Assembly (NCBI GenBank): GCA_037310415.1
Contig: CP147780.1
Location: 256,001 to 320,000, forward strand
DNA: 64,000 bases
Direction: 5' to 3'
Source: Candidatus Atabeyarchaeum deiterrae
GTDB taxonomy: Archaea; Asgardarchaeota; Atabeyarchaeia; Atabeyarchaeales; Atabeyarchaeaceae
In this document: positions 29,448-39,346 of the stretch, piece by piece
How the letters are laid out: every line of letters begins with the position of its first letter
Position numbering within the stretch: position 1 is the stretch's first letter
Program-made: the position numbers and the translations under genes
Notes under the pieces: generated by a model
What the model was told of the DNA's origin: nothing
The model's database searches: none
What the model saw: only the letters and a program-made list of their open reading frames with translations

Positions 29448-29741
29448 TTATCTCTTCCTTTTGCCCTTCTTCTCGAATGGCTTTGCAGGAGTCTGATTTA
29501 GGTTTCTTAGGAAATAACCTCTAACGAGCATATTCCAAGAGTAGAGCCACACAAAAACAATGAAACCCGCCACCAACAAACCCACGATATTTGACGTAAG
29601 TCTATCTCTGAAAGTGTCTGTTAACCAACTTGCTGAGTACAACAAATAGTAAACAATATCGAGGCAAATAATCATTGTGACCCAAATTATGGGAACAGTT
29701 AGGATCAACCCGAATAGATATTTCTTGCTCGACATTGTCAT
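29448..29741 (-). CDS. Small two-TM membrane protein
   Basis: Two hydrophobic helices, basic tail, GGAG RBS, in operon. Confidence 0.65.
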   Translation of the reverse strand: MTMSSKKYLFGLILTVPIIWVTMIICLDIVYYLLYSASWLTDTFRDRLTSNIVGLLVAGFIVFVWLYSWNMLVRGYFLRNLNQTPAKPFEKKGKRKR

Positions 29742-29762
29742 GCACTCCTCTCTCCAGAGTTT

Positions 29763-30782
29763 CTATGTGATCATCATTATTGCTGTCAGTACCGACAGAA
29801 TTGAACTACATGCTGAGAGTATGAACAATACTCTGACGACTTCGTACTCACGCAGTGGTGTTTTTGCCACTATTATCCTAGTCAAGGTTATTGGAGCTTT
29901 GGGGTCGGGGTTTGCGGCAATTAGGTCCCCTTTTTGAAGGTAGGTTGGTCTTTGTTTAACCTGATGTCTTTCGAATAATCTTCCTATGCTTGCTAAGCTA
30001 TGAAATGAATTCATTATGAAAGGTATAACTGCAACGACGCAGACAACTTCAAGTCTGCCGATGATAGCTGTGGCAGCTATTACCGATCCTACAGTGAGCG
30101 AGCCGACGTCTCCATCGAAAACTCTTGCAGGGAATCTATTGAATCGATAGTACGCTATCAGAGCGCTGGCCAATATTGCTGAGAGTATCATACCTTCAGT
30201 TGATCCGAAAATAATCGAACATACGAGCAGCGCGATGGCGACTGGAATACATGTACTTGGCATGGCCCCATTGAGAACATCTAGCATATTCACAGCATTC
30301 GCTGCCATGGCCGTACCAACGGGGATCAGTAGCGCGTATAATATTGTTGGTGAAGTCGACCCTATGAAAGGAAAAACTGGATGAGGAACATACGTATCAA
30401 ACAAAAAAATCGGCCAGCAAGCGGCGGCTGTAAGAATGGGCTTTATTTTTGGTCCTAGCTTCTTTAGGTCATCAACCAAGCCGATCACAGCAACCGTGCC
30501 CAACATGAGCAGGGCCGAGATCACTTTGACACTTGTCTGTGGAATGAGGATTATGGCAAGAATATCTCCTATCATCAAGGCTACTACGATCCCTATTCCG
30601 CCCATTTCCGGGATCTCAGGTCTGGCAGCCTTGTGATAATCTACTCCAGTTATGCCTCTTCGTTTCAGTTTCTTGATCAAGTAGGGCATCGTCACCGTGG
30701 CGACGGCGAAAACGATTAGCGAGATGAGCAGAGTCATGAGAAGGGCTTGCGCATCTGGAAGACCAAGGCTTACCATGTTCAT
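29763..30782 (-). CDS. UDP-GlcNAc:dolichyl-phosphate GlcNAc-1-P transferase (GPT/AglH, MraY/WecA superfamily)
   Basis: G-D-HK----IPEMGG, GLVDD, NAVNMLD-LNG, FPARVF-GDVGS; multi-TM. Confidence 0.88.
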   Translation of the reverse strand: MNMVSLGLPDAQALLMTLLISLIVFAVATVTMPYLIKKLKRRGITGVDYHKAARPEIPEMGGIGIVVALMIGDILAIILIPQTSVKVISALLMLGTVAVIGLVDDLKKLGPKIKPILTAAACWPIFLFDTYVPHPVFPFIGSTSPTILYALLIPVGTAMAANAVNMLDVLNGAMPSTCIPVAIALLVCSIIFGSTEGMILSAILASALIAYYRFNRFPARVFDGDVGSLTVGSVIAATAIIGRLEVVCVVAVIPFIMNSFHSLASIGRLFERHQVKQRPTYLQKGDLIAANPDPKAPITLTRIIVAKTPLREYEVVRVLFILSACSSILSVLTAIMMIT

Positions 30783-30894
30783 CAGCTTTCCCTTTGAACG
30801 TGTAAACAGTCGGTTGTGACGGGCTTCTCAGCATATTTAGTTTTCTGTTTCGTGTTCGTCCTCTATGTTTAGAGAAATAAGTGCTTTGCTCAGT

Positions 30895-31914
30895 TCATTC
30901 GCTCAGGAGTCTTACACCGTACCTTCTGATGAAGGTGGCAAATTCGTTCGCTAGTCCGTTCAAGTTGGAACTGCTTGTTTCGCTGCCCAGCTCGATCCAG
31001 TCATGATCTTCACGAAAAGAATCTGGCACGGCAAATGACACTACACAGAATTTGCCAATCGCTCTGATGTCAGCACTTTTCATGAATTGCAGATCAGGCT
31101 TCCCTGAATACACTAGGTTTCCAATATCACTCTTAGTGATCACTGCTCCATTGACTGTCTCTTTTTGCGTTATTGATCTGTTTCCAATGAATTCTTCAAA
31201 ATATCTCCGAAAGTCTTTGAGTATTTCCACCGCCAGCTTGTCCATCTCTTTTGGACCGAGAGCTTTGGGATAGTCTCCGCGCCGTATGACTTTAGCCGGA
31301 ACACCCGCGACAAGCGTATAGTCAGGAACGTCCTCGGTGACCACTGATCCCCCAGCAATGGTACTTCCCTTCCCTATTGTGACACCCGGCATGACAAACA
31401 CATGCCAAGGTAGCCATGCATCATCCTTTATTTCGACTTTTCCGAACTGAAAGGGATATCCCTTGAAAGCATTCTGCCACACGCCATGTGTAAAAATCAT
31501 GCAGTAGCCGCCGATTCCAGCATTATTTCCGATAATGACTTCTCTTGTCGTGTTTATGTAGGTGTGATGTAATACCACACAACGGCTACCAATCGCAAAA
31601 TAGCTTCGCTCACTTTGCATGCCCGCAGCGACAACTCCTCGGTCGATGAGGGTATCATTACCTATTTCTATTCCCTTAAACGCGTTAATAGCGCTCCCTT
31701 CTTTGATCTGGACATGGTGACCGACCGTGACGTCACCCTTCGAGAGTATTATTGAGTCATTGATCTTAGTCTCGTGACCGATGAAGAGACTCTTAGCCTC
31801 AGCCCTGACATTCGTAAGTTTGGCGTTGTCTTCTATAGTCACAGAATCCGCAGTGATGGTTACATTTTCCAAGGACGCGTTTTCCGCTATACTCTTCGAC
31901 TTGGCGTTTATCAT
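30895..31914 (-). CDS. Hexapeptide-repeat (LbH) acyltransferase
   Basis: IFTHG-WQ, V-MPGVTIG, SVVT-DVP---VAGVPAKVIR. Confidence 0.85.
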   Translation of the reverse strand: MINAKSKSIAENASLENVTITADSVTIEDNAKLTNVRAEAKSLFIGHETKINDSIILSKGDVTVGHHVQIKEGSAINAFKGIEIGNDTLIDRGVVAAGMQSERSYFAIGSRCVVLHHTYINTTREVIIGNNAGIGGYCMIFTHGVWQNAFKGYPFQFGKVEIKDDAWLPWHVFVMPGVTIGKGSTIAGGSVVTEDVPDYTLVAGVPAKVIRRGDYPKALGPKEMDKLAVEILKDFRRYFEEFIGNRSITQKETVNGAVITKSDIGNLVYSGKPDLQFMKSADIRAIGKFCVVSFAVPDSFREDHDWIELGSETSSSNLNGLANEFATFIRRYGVRLLSE

Positions 31915-32862
31915 TCACATCTCCCCTTTCTCAATCATTTTTACTAAGTCAATGCCTCTTTTTACTTGAAGCTGCTTCCTTGACGCCAGATACTTCATTA
32001 CGTCAGAGTATTTCCGTCCATATTTCATTTTCAACGAGGAATCATGCCAAATTAGTGTCACGATCCTGCTGCCCTTATTCATTCTTTCGCAAGTGTCAAG
32101 AGTCTTTTTTACTATCTTCACCACGTCCGCTTCAGCTTTGACACCATAATTACTCTTGTATTGAAAGACTAATGCTTCCATTAATGTTATCGGAAATACT
32201 ATGATTCCCTCGCTCAATGAATACCCAAAGTCATCTTCTGAAATCCGTTCCCGTTGATGTTTCACCGATGAATCATACTTGAATCCCAATTTCCTCAGGT
32301 TCCGAAGAAGTTCTGCGCTTTGCAGTGTGTAATGGACTCTATTCCCAAAAACCTTAGTGCCTGCAATTTCCTCAAGTTCTTTCTTCTCCATTTCCAAAAG
32401 CTCTAAGCGGTTATGAGACAGAAAGTCGGAGTGAAGCCCAACCTCCCAGCCGCCAGAAATCATGGATCTTATGTCCGACCTGTACTCATTTAAGTCATAT
32501 GCTGGCGGAGGTTGCTTTGAATCTTTTACATGCGTTCTGAAGAAGAAAGTCGACTTGAATCCAAACTTTTCCTCAAGTTCCACAACTTCCGGAATGTTCT
32601 GGTAGGGGTTCGCCTCGCTTAGGCTCTTCAGGACACTCTGATCGAATCGATCTTTCCGTGCTAAGATGTGAGAAACTGGAGCGCCAGCCTTCCCCCAATC
32701 TACGTCATGACTTAGCAAGAGGAAAACAGAGGAATTTCTTTCCATCATTGCGATATCAGTCCAAGGTGAACAATCAAACCGCCAAGATACATGAAACAAT
32801 TTAAATATGTTTTGAAAGCAGTTAAGCCAAACCAAGATCTCTTTTACCAGGGGAGAAGTCAT
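31915..32862 (-). CDS. Polysaccharide deacetylase-like protein (start probably ~32748)
   Basis: LSHDVD, STFFF, EVGLH, GNRVHY, FKYDSS, LIWH. Confidence 0.82.
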   Translation of the reverse strand: MTSPLVKEILVWLNCFQNIFKLFHVSWRFDCSPWTDIAMMERNSSVFLLLSHDVDWGKAGAPVSHILARKDRFDQSVLKSLSEANPYQNIPEVVELEEKFGFKSTFFFRTHVKDSKQPPPAYDLNEYRSDIRSMISGGWEVGLHSDFLSHNRLELLEMEKKELEEIAGTKVFGNRVHYTLQSAELLRNLRKLGFKYDSSVKHQRERISEDDFGYSLSEGIIVFPITLMEALVFQYKSNYGVKAEADVVKIVKKTLDTCERMNKGSRIVTLIWHDSSLKMKYGRKYSDVMKYLASRKQLQVKRGIDLVKMIEKGEM

Positions 32863-32920
32863 CTAGTGATCACACGCTTTCATTCGAGGGAAGATGCCCA
32901 GAGTTCAAACTAACCCTCGC

Positions 32921-33006
32921 TACGACCCAACCCCCACGCAGACAGGGAAAAAGGTGAAGGCGGCTGCGCTGGTGGGTGTTCCACGCAGATATGATGTTAG
33001 GTCGTA
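32921..33006. repeat. Imperfect inverted repeat with attC-like terminal boxes
   Basis: TACGACCCAAC ... GTTAGGTCGTA (10/11 complementary); internal direct repeat CCACGCAGA twice. Confidence 0.4.
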
Positions 33007-33038
33007 AGAGGATAGGAAAAACGAAAAACAGCCCCTGC

Positions 33039-33764
33039 TCAGTGATTTGCTATCCGTAAGCCGAAGACGAGATCGTTGTATCCAACATAAGTCTGAAAAC
33101 CCATCTCAGTTAATTTCCGAGTTACTGCCCCCGCCGTTTTTGTACCATTCCTCTCATGATAGCATGCCACCACTACCTTGGATGTTTTTTTCAATGTCTC
33201 TGTGGCTCCTTCCAAGGCTTCAATCTCAGCACCTTCTATGTCCATTTTCATGAATCCGATATTCAATATTCCCAACTCATGTAGCACCATGCTGTCTAGT
33301 GTATCCGCTTCAATCTGTAAATGATCCGTCTGAGTTGTTAGCTTACCATTCACTTCTATGTCGTGAATCAAACTGTGTCCTTCACTACCAAGACCTAAGA
33401 ATAGTGGTAATACGCCTTTTCTGTCCCATGCAGCTCTCTCCATGATAACAACGTTGGTGAGATTCCGCAGGTTGTGGTGCAACGCCGACAGGTTTTTGGG
33501 TTCGGGTTCAATCGCTACCACTAAGCCAGCACGCTTCGCCACTGAAAGAGTGAACAGGCCTATGTTTGCACCAACGTCCAACACTACACTATTCTTCTCC
33601 ACGTGGAAATGTTCCTCATAGTTGTGTCCCAGAGTGGGTACTCTGTAACCCAGAATGCGGCTTCTGAGTCCATTCCTAATCTTGTTTTTATATTTAGTTA
33701 TTGATTGAGCCGGCTTGTGAACGAGGGTTCCGATCTTTCGTCTTCCTATCCTAGCGTTAATCAA
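33039..33764 (-). CDS. FkbM-family methyltransferase
   Basis: VLDVGANIG, AIEPEP-N, MKMDIEGAE. Confidence 0.9.
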   Translation of the reverse strand: MINARIGRRKIGTLVHKPAQSITKYKNKIRNGLRSRILGYRVPTLGHNYEEHFHVEKNSVVLDVGANIGLFTLSVAKRAGLVVAIEPEPKNLSALHHNLRNLTNVVIMERAAWDRKGVLPLFLGLGSEGHSLIHDIEVNGKLTTQTDHLQIEADTLDSMVLHELGILNIGFMKMDIEGAEIEALEGATETLKKTSKVVVACYHERNGTKTAGAVTRKLTEMGFQTYVGYNDLVFGLRIANH

Positions 33765-33776
33765 GGGTTTTTCCTC

Positions 33777-34649
33777 CTACGTGAGAAGTTTATCTGGGTG
33801 ATCCACTTCAAAGGAGGACATGGCTTCTGACAAGGAATCTTTCTCAAATATATTCTCCCAGGTTAAACCAGCAAAAGTGTGGAATCTCCGCTTGGTTTGT
33901 GCAACGAGCCACGCGAAGCTGAGTAACCCGTATCGCAGCCAATATTTAGAATAGCTCAAGCAGGTTTGCCTATGTTCTTGGAGGAAAACGTTGAAGGGAA
34001 GACCATAGCGCAGCCAGTCACGATAATTATGGTATTCATGCTTCAACTTGACTCTGCTCGAAGAGTAGTTAGCCGCATTGACACTCGGCAACGGCCCACC
34101 TTTTTCCTCAATTTCTCTATAGTACTCCCTGTCAAAAAGGTTTCTGTCTACACGATAAAACTTCCCCGCTTTCAACATGCGTTGATAAAGTTCACTGCCA
34201 TCACATTCTTGTACAGATTGCCATCCGCCCATCCTCAGCATGAAGGATCTACGTGAAAACACCAAGTTGGCAGCGAATAAGCAGAATGGCCCAAGTTCCT
34301 TCTCCTTCTTAATGTAATAGTAAAGACATTTCAGATGGACTGGTAGGAAAAGTTGATCAGCGTCTACTCGGTCAATAACGTATTCTCCGCTACTGTTTTC
34401 CAAAGCAACTTGCCGACCTTCACCTCGATTCGTCTTCTTAACAATGAGTTTAATCACACCTTGGGAGTCAAGTGTTTTCAAGTATTGAAGTGAGCCATCC
34501 TTGGAGCAATTATCGCAGACAACGATTTCAGCGAGCCCGGAGCGTATGTTCTTAATCGAGACTTCATGAATTATACTCTCTATTGTTTTCTTTATTGTCT
34601 GCATTGAGTTGTACGCGGTCATGCACACGCTGTAGGATGATTTCGTCAT
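33777..34649 (-). CDS. Glycosyltransferase family 2
   Basis: SVCMTAYN, VVCDNCSKDGS, RGEGRQ-A, VDAD. Confidence 0.88.
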   Translation of the reverse strand: MTKSSYSVCMTAYNSMQTIKKTIESIIHEVSIKNIRSGLAEIVVCDNCSKDGSLQYLKTLDSQGVIKLIVKKTNRGEGRQVALENSSGEYVIDRVDADQLFLPVHLKCLYYYIKKEKELGPFCLFAANLVFSRRSFMLRMGGWQSVQECDGSELYQRMLKAGKFYRVDRNLFDREYYREIEEKGGPLPSVNAANYSSSRVKLKHEYHNYRDWLRYGLPFNVFLQEHRQTCLSYSKYWLRYGLLSFAWLVAQTKRRFHTFAGLTWENIFEKDSLSEAMSSFEVDHPDKLLT

Positions 34650-34664
34650 GACACACCGACCTCC

Positions 34665-35105
34665 TTATATGTCTCTTATTCTCATTTGCAGTGAACGCTT
34701 CTGAATTTCGAGGCGCGTCATGTCTTCCAAAAGCCAGTTGCGCAGCACTTCGCTTGTTGCATGTCTGAGCCTCATGTGAGCCGTGTTGATGTTATCTTGC
34801 ATTCTCCCAAGCTGTCTCTCTAATGCCTTTTTCTCAGTCATCGTTTTCACAGTGCCGAACAGTGAGTAGACCAGCAAACCTAAGCCTATTACAGCGAATC
34901 CCATTCGGCAAAGAACGGATGCTATCCTCATTTCTCTAGCCACATCTCCAAGACTTTCAGATTCATCATACTCTTCCCGACACATTATTCCGAGAACAAA
35001 CATATTATCCTTACTCTGTTGGGAATTCTCAGCCCCTACCGCCATCTCAACTCTATAAGGATCTTCCTTATGGTCAAGGATTCCAAGTACATCGCCACTA
35101 ATCAA
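34665..35105 (-). CDS. Hypothetical protein (one TM + coiled coil), 5' end uncertain
   Basis: Hydrophobic helix followed by a heptad-rich tail; ends 15 nt before the GT2 start with GGAGG RBS. Confidence 0.35.
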   Translation of the reverse strand: MISGDVLGILDHKEDPYRVEMAVGAENSQQSKDNMFVLGIMCREEYDESESLGDVAREMRIASVLCRMGFAVIGLGLLVYSLFGTVKTMTEKKALERQLGRMQDNINTAHMRLRHATSEVLRNWLLEDMTRLEIQKRSLQMRIRDI

Positions 35106-35876
35106 ATAACAGCAAATATGATCATGAAGGAGAGCAGGGATGAAAAATTCGCATTCAACCGATCTGTTCAGTTAATTGCATCCGTATATATGACAAGCTT
35201 AGAGGTAAACTGTTCGCGCCACTCCACTGCACTCTACGTTAGGAGCCCTAACATACGTTTCTCCAGAATCATCAGCTGTCTGGGAAACCCCTAGACAGTT
35301 GTAGCTAGTCTCTAAACGAGACCGATGCTCTATTCCTTCCTAGTAATCTCTGGATGGCTTGCCAAATATTATATAAGCGGAATTGGACACAGAACATACC
35401 TCACATTGATCTCCGCCTACAAGCGCACTCTATAGAGCAAAAGCATAAAGCTGAGCATTCTGGTCGACACGAAGAACGAAGGTGACGCGACAAAACCCCG
35501 CATCGATAGAGCTCTTCGAATGTCTCCGTGTGACAAGTCATAGTGGTCCGTGGGAAATCGGGCGATGGGAGCTGAGAAGATAGTCAAGAGCTTCGGAAAT
35601 CTGTTATTTGCAGTAGAGGACAACATGGACGCGGGCTCAGCCTTTAACAACGACGTAATGAATTCGACTCGAGAAGAAATATCTAATACAAAAGGTCACA
35701 GTTCCGTATCGCATTACGCTTTCATGAAGGTACTCAACACTTCTCACGATAATTCGGACTTTGGTTAGAGGGTATTCTACCTGTTTCTGACACTTGAGGA
35801 GGCGCTTACTAGTCTAAATACTTCATTGAAAACAGAAAGATTGAGCCGAATCTAGCCATGTGGCGGCGTTACGGTC

Positions 35877-38024
35877 GTGTGTATGATGCAGAAAGAAAAG
35901 GAGATTCGTGTGAGACGCGTCGGACTGGTGTCTTTTTTTGCTAATGTGTTTGCAGCGTTTACTGGGTTCGTCTTTGTCATGCTTGTAGTAAGAAGACTCA
36001 GTGTTGGCGAGCTTGGGGCTTGGTATTGGATAAGCAGGATTGTCAGCATTTCCTTATTCCCAGGTGTTTTTCTTAATTTCTGGGTAGCCCGTTTCGTTGC
36101 AAGAGACAACTCCAATTCGAAGACTGCTCTGCTTTTGAATATCCTTATTTCACTACCAGTTTCGATTGTTTACATCCTGCTAATCCCCGAACTAGCTGGT
36201 GCTGTCCAAGCTGACATCTTTCCTTTCATGTTAGCATCGATATTCATCATTCTCTACTACCTTAATTCAGCAACGAGTTCAATCTCCTCAGGAATCGCGC
36301 CTCAGAATGTTGCTTACTCTTCAATGATATTCGAAATAATAAAAATCCTGTTTGGTTTCATTTTGGTCTATACGCTCAGTCTGACACTTGTTGGGGCAAT
36401 ATCCAGCGTCGAAATTGCCCTCGCTGTCCAATTCATCGTATACATTGCATTGCTAAGGAGATTTCTTCATTCTAGCATTAGGGTAGACTCGGCGAAAAAG
36501 TGGATTTCCTACAGTTGGCTATCCGCACTGATCAACGTAAGCACAGTTTTGCTGAGCCTCGACACTATAATAGTGGTTACCACGACAAAGCTCCAAGCTC
36601 CCACAGTTCTAGCATACTTCGCTGTCTCCGTGCCTGTGAGTATGCTGTTACAAGGAGGACCTCTTTTAGCCGGCTTGTATCCCAAGTTGCTAAAGGGTGG
36701 CGGGAAAACCCACATTGAGAACACCCTCAGCTTCGCGCTATTATTCGCTATCCCCATGCTAGTAGGTATTCTTGTATTAGCAAAACCCTTCGTTTATCTC
36801 TACGGATCCGCTTACCTAATTGCAGTCCCGATGGCCCAGCTCCTTAGTATCTCAGTATTTCTAGATATTTTTTCGGCGATCGCTAGTTCGGTCCTCTTGG
36901 GAACGGTGGACGTTGATAAGGGTAAACAGAACACATGGGGCCTGATTAGAAGCAGATTGTTTTACCTTCCAATCATAGACCTCGCAATGGGATTGAGCTA
37001 CCTCGTAGTACTTTACTTTGTTCTCAATTCCTTTAATTCAGGCTTCCCGTTGACTGCTGGTCAGATTGGCGCTCTATGGACTGCCATTCTCGTATTCATT
37101 AAGTTCCTATTCATCTCATTCAAGTTCTGGTTTTCAAGAAGAGTAGCGAAGTTCAGAACGCCTTTGAAACAAATCGCGAAGTACCTTGTTGCTGCGGGCA
37201 TCATGGCAATAGTGTTATGGTATTGTTTGCCATTCATCGTCTACGGTTTGTCAATCTACCAGTTTTTCGTCTACCCCTTGGGTCTAGTTGGCATTGGCGC
37301 TGCAACCTACTTCATGGCCCTTCTTGCAATCGACAAAGAATTCAGGCGATTAGTAAAGGTCGTACTCTTTGCAGGAATCAGTCATATGTTTGATCTTAGA
37401 GAAGTCATGTTCAAGTTTGCAACCGTGATTCATTCCTATAGAATACTATGGTTGCTACCTCATGAGAGGAGTGTCAAAGCAGTTGCCTCACGAATTCGGG
37501 GCCGTCTTTTTGTTGATGTGGGAGCACATATAGGCTTCTATAGCTTCATTCTGCATAAGAATTTTGATGACATAATCGCTGTAGAGCCGCATCCTGACAA
37601 TGTCAAAGCTATTCTAAAGGGAATAAGAAACTTCAGAATCACCAATATCCAATGCGTGGCTAAAGCCCTGTCCGATGCTGAAGGGTCTTCTAAGCTGTTC
37701 TTGACCGGTGGGCAGAGTGGAGCTGCGATAGGTAGCTGGGACCGAAAAGACAATCATATGATAGTTGAAACCACCACGCTGGATACTTTATTGCGGAACC
37801 GCAACGAAGTTAGTTTGGTCAAAGTGGATGTTGAAGGTCATGAGTTTAATGTGCTCCAAGGTGCTCGCAAATCGATGAATAAGATCAAGAGTTGGATCAT
37901 CGAGCTTCACCGATTTGAAGCTAAGAATGAACTAGAAAAGTTGATGAGTTCTCAGGGTTACGCTTGCAGATGGATTGATTGTAATCACCTTTTCGCCTGG
38001 AAGGGCAGGAGAAAAACGAATTAG
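35877..38024 (+). CDS. Polysaccharide flippase (Wzx/MOP-like) fused to a C-terminal FkbM methyltransferase
   Basis: About 500 aa of multi-TM Wzx-like sequence, then in frame (from M at ~37387) FVDVGAHIG, AVEPHP-N, VKVDVEG-E. Confidence 0.85.
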   Translation: MCMMQKEKEIRVRRVGLVSFFANVFAAFTGFVFVMLVVRRLSVGELGAWYWISRIVSISLFPGVFLNFWVARFVARDNSNSKTALLLNILISLPVSIVYILLIPELAGAVQADIFPFMLASIFIILYYLNSATSSISSGIAPQNVAYSSMIFEIIKILFGFILVYTLSLTLVGAISSVEIALAVQFIVYIALLRRFLHSSIRVDSAKKWISYSWLSALINVSTVLLSLDTIIVVTTTKLQAPTVLAYFAVSVPVSMLLQGGPLLAGLYPKLLKGGGKTHIENTLSFALLFAIPMLVGILVLAKPFVYLYGSAYLIAVPMAQLLSISVFLDIFSAIASSVLLGTVDVDKGKQNTWGLIRSRLFYLPIIDLAMGLSYLVVLYFVLNSFNSGFPLTAGQIGALWTAILVFIKFLFISFKFWFSRRVAKFRTPLKQIAKYLVAAGIMAIVLWYCLPFIVYGLSIYQFFVYPLGLVGIGAATYFMALLAIDKEFRRLVKVVLFAGISHMFDLREVMFKFATVIHSYRILWLLPHERSVKAVASRIRGRLFVDVGAHIGFYSFILHKNFDDIIAVEPHPDNVKAILKGIRNFRITNIQCVAKALSDAEGSSKLFLTGGQSGAAIGSWDRKDNHMIVETTTLDTLLRNRNEVSLVKVDVEGHEFNVLQGARKSMNKIKSWIIELHRFEAKNELEKLMSSQGYACRWIDCNHLFAWKGRRKTN

Positions 38025-38185
38025 AGCTTGCTGAATCATTTCAAGTCTAGTGAGAGGTCAGAAGAGGATATCTAGTCATCTCTTTAGGGAGGTCAAAGAC
38101 GTATCTTCTTGAAGCCGACCTAAGTAGTGGCTGCAAATAGTTCTGTTGTCGCTTTTTGAGTATTTCTGTTCTCCATCATTGATGC

Positions 38186-38257
38186 CGGCGCAGTGGTTTA
38201 GAGACCATGTTGTTAGCAATCGACAAGGAATCCAGACGGTTAGTGAAGATCATACTC
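38186..38257 (+). pseudogene. Degenerate duplicate of the flippase 3' end
   Basis: GCAATCGACAAGGAATCCAGACGGTTAGTGAAGATCATACTC vs GCAATCGACAAAGAATTCAGGCGATTAGTAAAGGTCGTACTC at 37326-37367. Confidence 0.7.
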
Positions 38258-38425
38258 CATAGCGGGTAGATTGAACCAAAAGCATGCGGTTGACACTATG
38301 AAATCTTGAGTTGTTGTAAAATCTATAAAGATGTACCCACGCGATTCATATTATGATAATCTCATATGATATTACTATAGGAGAGACATTATTCAGCAAT
38401 CACCCTCTCCAGTATTGGTGGGAAG

Positions 38426-39346
38426 ATGCCTCAACTCAGCGTGATAGTAACCACGAAGAACAATGCGTACACTATCGGACCTTGCCTTGAGAGAATTCTG
38501 AAGGCACCTCCTAAGGACAAAGAGTTGGTTATCGTCTATGGCAAGTCCAAGGATGGCACTGAGGAAATTGTAAAGAGTTACAGGCGTAAAGCAAGAATTC
38601 TCTTTGACGATGTAAGCACGGGGTCGGCGATCAATACGGGGGTTTTGAACTCCTCTGGAAAAATAATAGTTTATGTCGAAGATCATTCATTCATATCAGA
38701 AGATGCGTTTCTGCTAATACTGAAAGCCTTCAATAGCAATCCTGACATTGGATACATTGTCTTCCACCACTATTTCCCTGAGAACGTGAAAGGACTCAGC
38801 CTAGCGCAGAAGCTAATGAATCTTTGGAGGAGTGACATTCGAAACGCCACTCTGGGGCAATTCAGAGGTTTTCGGAGAAAGACCTTCTTCGATGTTGGCG
38901 GTTTCTGGGTTTTTCCAAAAGGGGTGGACGATCTTGAATTCGCGACAAGAATGTCTGACACGAAATGGAAAATGATGGTCTTAGATACCAAGAGCTGGGA
39001 TCTGCCAAGAAGATCCCTTCGCCCAATGCTTGGTCACCAAGTCTTTACTGGCGAATCCGAATCATGCTGGTTCCATGTTTACCACAATCATCCCTATGCA
39101 AGGAAAGAGTATAGAGTGAAAAAGAATACCTCACACCCAATCACAACTATTCTATTGAACATGGTTTGGGGGCGCCTAGTGTATACCTCCATTCATGGAC
39201 TAAAAGTAGCCTTAAATAAGAGGTTTCTCTCATTCTTTCCTTTCTATGCGCTCTGCAACTGGTGCTACGTATACGGCTTCTTCAAGGCAAAACTCAGATC
39301 GTGGGGTAAGGAGAAATGGGATCCAAGAGTTCGACAGAGTTTCTGA
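38426..39346 (+). CDS. Glycosyltransferase family 2-like
   Basis: LSVIVTTKN---TI--CL, SKDGT, A-NTG, FFDVGGF, DDLEF. Confidence 0.8.
   Translation: MPQLSVIVTTKNNAYTIGPCLERILKAPPKDKELVIVYGKSKDGTEEIVKSYRRKARILFDDVSTGSAINTGVLNSSGKIIVYVEDHSFISEDAFLLILKAFNSNPDIGYIVFHHYFPENVKGLSLAQKLMNLWRSDIRNATLGQFRGFRRKTFFDVGGFWVFPKGVDDLEFATRMSDTKWKMMVLDTKSWDLPRRSLRPMLGHQVFTGESESCWFHVYHNHPYARKEYRVKKNTSHPITTILLNMVWGRLVYTSIHGLKVALNKRFLSFFPFYALCNWCYVYGFFKAKLRSWGKEKWDPRVRQSF

Noticed and set aside
35105-35860. ~750-nt spacer examined for a hidden tRNA, ncRNA or IS
   Set aside because: No tRNA arms, terminal repeats or convincing ORF; most likely decayed DNA
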